23,458 nucleotides of DNA, taken from Candidatus Thorarchaeota archaeon (GTDB taxonomy: Archaea; Asgardarchaeota; Thorarchaeia; Thorarchaeales; Thorarchaeaceae). This document shows, in pieces, positions 16,266 through 23,458 of the stretch; within the stretch, counting starts at the first letter, position 1; the number at the start of each line of letters is the position of its first letter. The position numbers were made by a program, and so were the translations under genes. The notes beneath the pieces were generated by a model that did no database searches, had not been told where the DNA came from, and was given only the letters and a program-made list of their open reading frames with translations. The stretch covers positions 1 through 23,458 of the forward strand of contig RDNZ01000043.1 in NCBI GenBank assembly GCA_011364905.1, written 5' to 3'.

Positions 16266-16658
16266 ATGGTAATGCGAATCAAACGTACTATCGACATTGC
16301 TATGAGTAACTACACAGAGATTACTGGATTTTGCGTTTTCACCTATGAAGGCAAGGTTGCCTACGCGAGTGAAAACATGGACATTGCAGGAGAGATCAGC
16401 ACGATTGTGGAAGCATGGAATGGCCATCTCCAGAGCTTCACACTAAAAAACATTGAATTCCTCAGAGCACTGGCAACCGAGCAGGGTTTTGTAGCAATTA
16501 ATCCCGATGGAGCAGTGAGCCTTATCTGCGGTACAGGAAAAGGAGTCTGGTTCGTTGCAGTGTTCACAAGGATGGATGTTGACAAAGAGGGTATACTGCG
16601 TGAATGCATTCAAGCTGCAAAGAATCTAGAAACATCAGTATCAATATTCGATGTGTGA
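16266..16658 (+). CDS. Profilin-like protein (Asgard profilin family)
   Basis: About 130 aa. Helix-ITGFCVFTYEGKVAYASENMDI-helix(AW)-SFTLKNIEFL...TEQGFVAINPDG..SLIC...WFVAVF-C-terminal helix. Matches the pattern I recall for Loki/Thor profilins (G.I..Q.ENW.I ... S..I.G.KY ... TEER...TN..G). Confidence 0.7.
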   Translation: MVMRIKRTIDIAMSNYTEITGFCVFTYEGKVAYASENMDIAGEISTIVEAWNGHLQSFTLKNIEFLRALATEQGFVAINPDGAVSLICGTGKGVWFVAVFTRMDVDKEGILRECIQAAKNLETSVSIFDV

Positions 16659-16661
16659 GGC

Positions 16662-17102
16662 TTAGCTGTCAACAAGAGGTTTCTGCTCAGCTATTATTCT
16701 CGCAATGAAAGCCATGATTGCTCCAATCCATCCTAACGATTGTTCAAGCTGATCTATCAATCCCATGACAAAGACTCCAGTTGATGCCATTTGCACCAGA
16801 GTCATTAACAGCCCGACTACGCCTACTATTATTCCAGCACCAATCAATATCCGACCGAACCAGACTTTCGAAGTGGTGATCACAATTCCACCAAAAATAA
16901 CAACTGCTCCTCCAAAGATCGCCCATGCTGCGAGTCCAGCCATGAAATTCTGGAATGTTTCAAAAAATTCTAGTCCAAATACATACTGAAGAATCTCGGT
17001 TAATTCCCCAATGACGCCAATCGCTCCACTTACTCCGGAGATGATCATTAGAATCCCTCCTCCCAAACACAGGAGAAGCGAGTTCCGATTGTGAATCTTC
17101 AT
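16662..17102 (-). CDS. Hypothetical 4-TM membrane protein
   Basis: Four Gly-rich hydrophobic helices; ATG 17102 preferred to track start 17174. Confidence 0.75.
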   Translation of the reverse strand: MKIHNRNSLLLCLGGGILMIISGVSGAIGVIGELTEILQYVFGLEFFETFQNFMAGLAAWAIFGGAVVIFGGIVITTSKVWFGRILIGAGIIVGVVGLLMTLVQMASTGVFVMGLIDQLEQSLGWIGAIMAFIARIIAEQKPLVDS

Positions 17103-17416
17103 TTGAAGTCCCTTCGCAAAATATCTTTGATTTAAAGATACCTTCTTTGTATTCCAGTTATCACTGTAGAACATTACAACCTCGATTAATGTTTCGTGTT
17201 TAGGAAGATACTCCCGTCAATGAATTATTGGTTCTTAGGTGCTTTGCCAATCATTTTGACTAACAAATTTTGTTTGACCTTGAAAGGGGTATACTTAAGT
17301 TTGGACCACTTGCAAGAGAAGTTCCCTTTGAAATGCTCTGAATGGCCTTTTGGCAATTGCTTCTCTGACTAAGAGTCTGCAAGCTTGGAGATATCAAAAA
17401 ACCGTGGTATACGAAG

Positions 17417-18154
17417 ATGAAAGTTTATTATGAGGAATCTGGATCTCAAACGAAGAAGACGATTATATTTGTACATGGCGCTGGAGGATCATCTGCGACC
17501 TGGTTCATGCAACTCAGAGGGCTGTCTACTCAGTTTCATGTTGTAGCTATTGACCTCAATGGACATGGGAAATCTCCAGATAGAGCGGACTCAGACACAC
17601 TTCATTCATACCTCGCAGATGTGCATGAAGTAATTTCAAAGATTGACCGCCCAATTCTTGCTGGTCATAGTATGGGTGGCGCACTTACACAACTTTATGC
17701 CCTTAATCATCCGAATAGCATCAGTGGTATTGTCTTGGTCGGAACTGGTGCCAAGTTGAGAGTCGCACCTGCCGTGTTCAACCTCCTCGATAACGACTTC
17801 GAAGGATACGTCGAATCATTGGGTGCTTTCATGTTTCATGAGAATACTTCAGAAGAGATGATAGATGCCTCCAAACACGAAGTCCGGAAGTGTCCGGTCC
17901 AGATTATTCGTAGAGACTTCGAATTATGTGACAAGTTCGATATTATGGAGGAGGTAAAAGAAATCAAAACTCCAACATTGATACTTGTTGGTGAAGCCGA
18001 TGTGATGACACCGGTAAAGTACTCGCAATATCTCAAAGATCAGATCAAAGACTCAGTCATGCATGTTATCAAAGAAGCAGGCCACAGCGTTATGCTTGAA
18101 CAGTTTGGTGTCTTTAATGACTCATTGGGAAACTGGGCAAAAAGCATTGATTAG
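17417..18154 (+). CDS. Alpha/beta-fold hydrolase
   Basis: FVHGAGG oxyanion motif, DLNGHGKS, GHSMGG nucleophile elbow, G..D..TP acid and AGH catalytic His. Confidence 0.93.
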   Translation: MKVYYEESGSQTKKTIIFVHGAGGSSATWFMQLRGLSTQFHVVAIDLNGHGKSPDRADSDTLHSYLADVHEVISKIDRPILAGHSMGGALTQLYALNHPNSISGIVLVGTGAKLRVAPAVFNLLDNDFEGYVESLGAFMFHENTSEEMIDASKHEVRKCPVQIIRRDFELCDKFDIMEEVKEIKTPTLILVGEADVMTPVKYSQYLKDQIKDSVMHVIKEAGHSVMLEQFGVFNDSLGNWAKSID

Positions 18155-18603
18155 AGATTGATGAGGCGTCGATCACGGCGTTTCTTCTCTACAGCTGCAA
18201 CCAATCGTGTTCTATCAAAATAGACCTCATTCCTTGTGATCTTGTCTCCGTCAATCTCGACAATATCCAATCCGATTTCGTGAATTGTTTCTTGGCCTAA
18301 GGGAATTGTACATTCCCACTTCACGATAGCTCCTGAATCAATCGGGAAGACCTCAATCGGTTTCCAAGTCCAATCATGGTATACATCTAGGAGCCGTTCG
18401 AAGTACCGTCTGATTTCTTTGTGCCCTTTGAGTCCATCACGATTTGCGGGATCGATATAGAGTGCATCATCATGATAGTACTTGAGGAGCTCTTCAGGAT
18501 TGTTTCCTGTCCATGCTGCAAGCCAATCTGTGCAAAAAGAGAATAGTTCAGATTTATCCATGTTCATCACACTGAGCTTCAGAATCGGTGTAGCTATATC
18601 CAC
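18151..18603 (-). CDS. NTF2/SnoaL-like domain protein
   Basis: WLAAW...YHDDALYIDP...LKGHKEIRRYF...GDKITRNEVYFD; start may be 18567 or 18561. Confidence 0.85.
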   Translation of the reverse strand: MDIATPILKLSVMNMDKSELFSFCTDWLAAWTGNNPEELLKYYHDDALYIDPANRDGLKGHKEIRRYFERLLDVYHDWTWKPIEVFPIDSGAIVKWECTIPLGQETIHEIGLDIVEIDGDKITRNEVYFDRTRLVAAVEKKRRDRRLINL

Positions 18604-18706
18604 TGACCCCTCTTATTCTTTATCCAGTGTTGGAAATTCCGCACTGTTAAATACTGGCTTTAGTCATAGCGAGTGGTCTATCAAGACGAATCAGGAGTAG
18701 AAACAC

Positions 18707-20104
18707 ATGGGAAAAGAAATCCCAACGGACAGGAGAGAACGATTTGGCTGGTATTTGTATGATTTGGCAAATACAAGCTTCACCGTTCTGATTGTAACAG
18801 CGCTGTTTCCAATTTATTTCAGAGTGTTAGTATGGAATGAAACACTTGGAGATGCCATGTGGGGATATGCAGGCAGCATTACAATGTTGATAATTGCAGT
18901 AACAGCACCAGTTCTGGGTGCAATCGCTGATTTTGGAGGAACTAAGCGTAAGTTCTTGACGTTCTATACATCAGTATGTATTGCTTTTACTTCAATCATG
19001 ATATTCCTTCCAGGTCTCACATATTCTCAGATTGATGCTATTCCAGATGTTAGACCTGTCAATCCATTGCCAGGTTTTGTGTTTCCACAATTTCTGGGAC
19101 TTGACTTATGGGTATGGGCATGGATTATATTCATCATTGCTAATGTTGGTTTTCAAGGAGCGCTGCCTTTCTACAATGCTTGGCTCCCTGAAATAAGCAC
19201 AGAGGAGAACATAGGGCGAATTGGAGGATATGGTTACGCTGCAGGGTATATTGGTGCCATGGGTACAATCGTCATTGCACTCATTGTCATCTTGGCTAAC
19301 CAACCTTACACCTTGGCATTCCTGCTAAGCGCAGTATTCTTCTTGATTTTCGCCATACCAAGTATCTTGTCGCTCAAGAATAGACCCGCAAGAGCTATTC
19401 CTGGAGGTGAGAGTAAGTCGCTCCTCAAACTTGGCTATCGGAGCGTTGGAAACACTCTCAGGAATATTAGAAACTACAAGGGTCTACCTCTGTTTCTGGT
19501 TTCATACTTCCTTTTCAGTGACGCAGTGACAACTGTTATTTATTATGCTGCGATTTTCGGAGAGGCAGTGTATTCATTCAATACAGCTGAGATTCTCATA
19601 TTCTTCGCAGTAACCCAACTCACGGCAATTCCTGGAGCGTTCATCTTTGGTTCCGTTGCAGACAAGATAGGTACAAAGAAGACACTCATCTTCACTCTAT
19701 TCATCTGGATTATTGCTTTGTCAATGGCTTATTTCCTAGCAGCCTTTGGCGCTTTTATCTGGTGGACTGTAGGTATGATTGCTGGTGTTGCCATGGGATC
19801 ATCTCAGAGCACAGCACGTAGCATGTATGGCCAGTTCATCCCTGAAGAGAAAAAATCAGAAATGTTTGGCTTTTATGCTCTTACAGGTAAATTCGCAGCT
19901 ATTCTTGGTCCATTTGTATATGCAACAGTTCTCCTTCTAGTGAACCCATTAAAGAATCCTGCTCTAGTCAGGCAAGCTCATCTAACTGCTATGTTGTCAA
20001 TTCTGAGTTTCTTTGTTATTTCAATAATTCTGCTTCTCAAGGTGAGACAACCTGTGAAGGGTGAGGCAAAGATCTACTTAGAGGATGATATACCATTTGC
20101 ATAG
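18707..20104 (+). CDS. MFS transporter, UMF1/Atg22-like family
   Basis: GWYLYDLANTSF, PVLGAIAD, FYNAWLPEI, G.SQSTARS and EMFGFYAL.GK motifs; about 12 TM; AGGAG SD. Confidence 0.9.
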   Translation: MGKEIPTDRRERFGWYLYDLANTSFTVLIVTALFPIYFRVLVWNETLGDAMWGYAGSITMLIIAVTAPVLGAIADFGGTKRKFLTFYTSVCIAFTSIMIFLPGLTYSQIDAIPDVRPVNPLPGFVFPQFLGLDLWVWAWIIFIIANVGFQGALPFYNAWLPEISTEENIGRIGGYGYAAGYIGAMGTIVIALIVILANQPYTLAFLLSAVFFLIFAIPSILSLKNRPARAIPGGESKSLLKLGYRSVGNTLRNIRNYKGLPLFLVSYFLFSDAVTTVIYYAAIFGEAVYSFNTAEILIFFAVTQLTAIPGAFIFGSVADKIGTKKTLIFTLFIWIIALSMAYFLAAFGAFIWWTVGMIAGVAMGSSQSTARSMYGQFIPEEKKSEMFGFYALTGKFAAILGPFVYATVLLLVNPLKNPALVRQAHLTAMLSILSFFVISIILLLKVRQPVKGEAKIYLEDDIPFA

Positions 20105-20119
20105 TGAATTAGTTTCAAT

Positions 20120-20176
20120 ACAAGAGAAGGGTCACCCTATCGGACCTCTCGATTGGGAATAAGACCTTCTCTTTGT
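20120..20176. repeat. Imperfect long inverted repeat (hairpin) after the MFS gene
   Basis: ACAAGAGAAGGGTC (20120-20133) pairs with GACCTTCTCTTTGT (20163-20176); inner CCCTATCG/CGATTGGG stem. Confidence 0.6.
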
Positions 20177-20236
20177 GTTTTATATTGTGTACTATGAAAG
20201 CTGTCTTTCATGTCACGATTGATATCAAATATAATG

Positions 20237-20247
20237 AAAAAAAAAAA
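20237..20247 (-). terminator. Oligo-T (T11) archaeal terminator candidate for the LLM gene
   Basis: A11 run on the + strand about 60 nt downstream of the minus-strand LLM stop. Confidence 0.45.
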
Positions 20248-20309
20248 TCAATGAGATAGTTCAGCAGAACTTTCCAAACAGCTGCGCGGATTGAATCCTT
20301 GCATCCACA

Positions 20310-21260
20310 CTAGAGCAGAGGCTCTATATTGTTCCCAAACAGACTCAATTGTTCTCTCTCTTCTCCATATGGAAACATAAGAACGATATTTGTGACTCCT
20401 TGGTCTTGATACATACCAAGCCTGTCAGCTATAATCTCGGAAGTTCCCCATAGTGAATTGCTTACCCTCTTGCGATAGTCGTCTTCCGAGATTCCACTTG
20501 CGACTGCTCCTGATTTTATACGCTCATCCATTTCATCCTTAGATTTCAGAATCCTAGTCCAGAGTCCAACAGACTTTGAGATATCCTCAGGATTCCTCTC
20601 ATGCTTGTCCGCAAATTCTTCAAGGCGTTGAAAGATTTTACTTGTCCTCTCAGGCGAAAAACCCCATGCTACATTGATTCCATCGCCGTATTGAGCGGCC
20701 AGCTCTATCATCTTTGGTCCTGCGCGATTTGTACCAACCCAGATTTTGGGATAGGGCTTTTGAACTGGTTTCGGGAATGAAACAACATCATGCACATGAT
20801 AGTGTTTACCAGCGAAAGAGAACTTTTCTTCCGTCCAGATTCCTCTAATGATTTGGATTGCCTCACTCAGCTGTTCTGCTCTTGTGGAAAAACTCGAGAA
20901 TTCGTAGCCCATTGCTCGATATTCTAGTTCCTTCCAGCCGGCTCCAATTGCGAAGTCAAGACGACCGTTCGAGAGGGTGTCCACCGTTGCAGCCATCTTC
21001 GCATGAAGTGTAGGCATTCTATAGCTATTGCAAAAGACCAAGCTACCAACACGTATCTTTTCATTATCTCTAACCAGAGCAGCCATCAAGAGCCATGGAT
21101 CGAGAAGTTCCTTGTCAGTTGCATTCGCATCCAGCATAAAGTGGTCAGAGAACCGCACTCCCTTGAGATGATTCTCAAGAGCGACATTTGCGATTCCTAG
21201 AACATCATCGTAGCTATATCCAAACTGCGGTTCAATCTGAACATCAAAGTCCAAACCCAT
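20310..21260 (-). CDS. LLM-class (probably F420-dependent) oxidoreductase
   Basis: SDHF, LDPW, YRMP.LHAKMAATVD.LSNGRL.FAIGAGW...EY, PKPVQKPYPKIWVG; ATG 21260 overlaps the upstream stop (TGATG). Confidence 0.9.
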   Translation of the reverse strand: MGLDFDVQIEPQFGYSYDDVLGIANVALENHLKGVRFSDHFMLDANATDKELLDPWLLMAALVRDNEKIRVGSLVFCNSYRMPTLHAKMAATVDTLSNGRLDFAIGAGWKELEYRAMGYEFSSFSTRAEQLSEAIQIIRGIWTEEKFSFAGKHYHVHDVVSFPKPVQKPYPKIWVGTNRAGPKMIELAAQYGDGINVAWGFSPERTSKIFQRLEEFADKHERNPEDISKSVGLWTRILKSKDEMDERIKSGAVASGISEDDYRKRVSNSLWGTSEIIADRLGMYQDQGVTNIVLMFPYGEEREQLSLFGNNIEPLL

Positions 21261-21706
21261 CACTCCTGTGTGAGTTCTAGGACAATCCTTACAGCATCTT
21301 TCACATATCCTGGACATACTTTTCGGAACGTTCCATCTTTCACCGCCTTGTCATGAGCTGCCTTATCGGCAATAGCAATACCTGTAAGATCATCGCAAAT
21401 AATGGATCCATTCCTATCTTTGAACAAATGCATTAATTTCTCTGCTGCCTTATAGGTGGCTTCTTTGTGTTCTTTCGGGTCATCATACTTTTTGCCATTG
21501 ATGACTCCTAAAGAAGCAACTGCACCTGAAACCGCTCCGCAGATGTGACCCTGCAAGCCCACGCCTCCACCAAAGCCCGCAGAGAGATGGAAGATCTCAT
21601 CGAAATCCAGTCCTTTACTTACAAGAATTGATTTCATTACGGATTGCGCACAGTTGTAGTCTGTTGAGAAATAATTCAATGCAAGCTTGATTGTATCTTC
21701 AGTCAT
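21260..21706 (-). CDS. C-GCAxxG-C-C family putative redox protein
   Basis: YNCAQSV, GFGGG, ICGAVSG, GSIICDDL and VCPGYV motifs; start 21706 or 21724. Confidence 0.88.
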   Translation of the reverse strand: MTEDTIKLALNYFSTDYNCAQSVMKSILVSKGLDFDEIFHLSAGFGGGVGLQGHICGAVSGAVASLGVINGKKYDDPKEHKEATYKAAEKLMHLFKDRNGSIICDDLTGIAIADKAAHDKAVKDGTFRKVCPGYVKDAVRIVLELTQE

Positions 21707-21795
21707 AATTCTGATGATAGACAACTACCATATCAGGGTTCCGAGATGACATTTCTTGCTTCAATGATAACCTCTTTTGACTATCACATGGTTAT

Positions 21796-22242
21796 TTGAA
21801 TGAAATGAAAGAATATCCTGAAAGAATGAGCTTGAACGAGATTTGGAAGAACTTTGAAGGATTCCCGCTTGCACATGTGGCGACTCTAGATGGTAATCAG
21901 CCTCGAGTTCGTGCGATGTCGTTGATTTCATTTGACCGGGAGCTCTGGTTAGCGACAAACACTCATTGGGGCAAAGTCGAGCAGATAAGAAAGAATAATC
22001 ATGTTGAATTTACTGTATCGCTAAAAAGTCAGCTCGGAACAGGCAGTGTTAGAGCTACAGCAAGAGCTGCATTGGTGGAAGACACTGAAACTAGAACCAA
22101 ACTTGCGTCAGCCATCCCATGGTTTGATCAATATTGGAATGATGTTGATGATTCTAATTTTACCTTGATTAGGCTTGATCTCACGCGTATCCTCTACGAT
22201 CATCCATCAGACCGGAAGAAGTACACAGTGACACTCACCTGA
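21796..22242 (+). CDS. Pyridoxamine 5'-phosphate oxidase-like split-barrel flavin/F420-binding protein
   Basis: VATLDGNQPRVRAM, LWLAT...KVEQIRKNNHV; true start may be 21805 or 21826. Confidence 0.85.
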   Translation: MNEMKEYPERMSLNEIWKNFEGFPLAHVATLDGNQPRVRAMSLISFDRELWLATNTHWGKVEQIRKNNHVEFTVSLKSQLGTGSVRATARAALVEDTETRTKLASAIPWFDQYWNDVDDSNFTLIRLDLTRILYDHPSDRKKYTVTLT

Positions 22243-22717
22243 GATTTGACGGAGGATCTGCCCTTGTTATCATGAGCCAACCACCGATAAGCACAACAAA
22301 TCCAATCATGACCGCTGCAGAACCGACCGAATCCATTACAGTAGAGATTGTTGTGAGCCCTCTTGCAATGTATCCTGCACCCATCATGACCAGCCCTGAC
22401 ATAAAAACAACCTTGCCGAGTTTCGTGTCCACCTTTTTTACTGAATAGCCCTCATCCTGATTAGGCGCCAATGGGGCAGATGAGACCTTGATATCTGACA
22501 AGAAGAATCGTTGGCCATCTTCGGTGAATGCTCCTTCCAATGTACCTTCGTCTACTAGTTCTTCCAATATCGACCGTATCTGACTTTCATCAGTCTCAGT
22601 CAAGCTTGAAATCATATTCAAGGAACTAATCTTCTCATTTGTGATTATATGAAGTAGTCTAGCCTTCAAGTCAAATGGATTGGGAGAAGGGTTGCCGATT
22701 ATCATGACTAATCCCAT
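22235..22717 (-). CDS. PCI-like winged-helix protein with two C-terminal TM helices
   Basis: ISSLNMISSLTETDESQIRSILEELVDEGTLEGAFTEDGQRFF fits the PCI/DDRGK-type wH pattern; two hydrophobic helices follow. Confidence 0.65.
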   Translation of the reverse strand: MGLVMIIGNPSPNPFDLKARLLHIITNEKISSLNMISSLTETDESQIRSILEELVDEGTLEGAFTEDGQRFFLSDIKVSSAPLAPNQDEGYSVKKVDTKLGKVVFMSGLVMMGAGYIARGLTTISTVMDSVGSAAVMIGFVVLIGGWLMITRADPPSNLR

Positions 22718-22952
22718 GAAAACTCACACCATGTTAGTATATAACCTAAAGGCACTACGCAGGCTCTCATAAAAGGGTCACAATACGAGAACTTCTGATG
22801 TTACCTAAAAATGGAAAAAGAAACTCAGAACCAATCTTGAACAAATCGCTGGCCAAAGCGACCGTCTTGCTTTTTAGTGTGTTTTTCATACTGAAGTCAG
22901 TCGCTTACAATAAGCATCTGCTATTGTTGACGATGAAGATGGAGTGAGAAAA

Positions 22953-23458
22953 ATGGAAACAAGAACTACAGCAATTATAGTGATTGTTATCATCTTGGTT
23001 GCTGGAGGGGCTGCCATAGTCTTCTTGGGTCCGATGCTCTTTCCGCCAGCTCCCAGTGTCGCTATTGTCTTTGCGACCGGAGGACTAGGCGATAAATCAT
23101 TCAATGATGGATGTTACACAGGAGCATCGAAAGCCAAGGCTGAATTAGGCGCCAATTTTACGTATGTGGAACCTACGGCAACTTCAGAATATCTCGGCTA
23201 TTTGACAGACTTTGCGTCTGCTGAAACTCCTTATGACCTAATTATTTCAATCGGGTTCGATCAATATGATGCCCTGTTGGAGGTCGCAGGAGATTATCCA
23301 GACCAAAAGTTTGCCATTGTCGATACGGTTGTTGATTTACCGAATGTTGCTAGCCTTGTGTTCGAAGAGCATCAGGGTTCAGCTCTGGTTGGAGCAATAG
23401 CTGGCGTACTTACCCAAAGTAACAAAGTCGGATTTGTTGGCGGAATGAGTATTGATCT
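22953..23458 (+). CDS. BMP-family ABC transporter substrate-binding protein (3'-truncated)
   Basis: Not in the track. METRTTAIIVIVIILVAGGAAIVFLG anchor, then GGLGDKSFND, YDLIISIGF, YPDQKFAIVD, F.EHQGSALVGAIAG and KVGFVGGM; GGAGTGA SD at 22941-22947. Confidence 0.92.
   Translation, partial: METRTTAIIVIVIILVAGGAAIVFLGPMLFPPAPSVAIVFATGGLGDKSFNDGCYTGASKAKAELGANFTYVEPTATSEYLGYLTDFASAETPYDLIISIGFDQYDALLEVAGDYPDQKFAIVDTVVDLPNVASLVFEEHQGSALVGAIAGVLTQSNKVGFVGGMSID

Noticed and set aside
21261-21317. Cys-rich N-terminal extension (CERCCKDC) on the LLM ORF
   Set aside because: It is an alternative-frame reading of the C-GCAxxG-C-C gene's 3' end; the ATG at 21260 in a TGATG overlap is the natural start.
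392-23104. Many short antisense or nested ORFs in the track (e.g. 392-610, 896-1159, 1400-1759, 10730-11107, 12491-12868, 15254-15700, 22886-23104)
   Set aside because: They overlap well-supported genes, have shadow-ORF composition and show no motifs.
1-23458. UGA reassignment (alternative genetic code) to explain in-frame UGA junctions
   Set aside because: All UGAs fall at protein-family boundaries, none interrupt a domain, and UGA clearly terminates other genes (255-260 TGATGA, 2061-2063, TGATG at 21260).
1-23458. CRISPR arrays, tRNA/rRNA, transposases, integrases
   Set aside because: No regularly spaced direct repeats, cloverleaf/T-loop signatures or recombinase motifs seen by eye.

Overview
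Gene-dense archaeal chromosome segment, most consistent with an Asgard archaeon (Thorarchaeia-like). This is an inference from a profilin-like gene, a PCI-type winged-helix membrane protein, a Sulfolobus-type geranylgeranyl reductase, TrmB and HTH_10 regulators and GGAGG/GGTGA ribosome-binding sites. I found about 28 CDSs (two truncated by the window edges) and no rRNA, tRNA, CRISPR array or mobile element. The centre is a minus-strand run: ureohydrolase - TrmB - geranylgeranyl reductase - cytoplasmic M23/LAS-type metallopeptidase - LipS2-type radical SAM lipoyl synthase - LplA - LplB. The last four genes share one reading frame (9298 to 6266) broken only by three UGA codons. The M23-like protein is a candidate unrecognised lipoate-pathway component. 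Other points of interest: a divergent profilin next to a 64-aa Arg/Lys/His-rich peptide, a glycoprotein with a TRAP-beta-like Ig+TM C-terminus whose upstream partner appears to start at ATT beside a 14-bp palindrome, a ~530-aa coiled-coil/winged-helix protein converging on a wH-M50 protease cluster, and two structured intergenic elements. All family calls come from motif recognition by eye; no database search was run.
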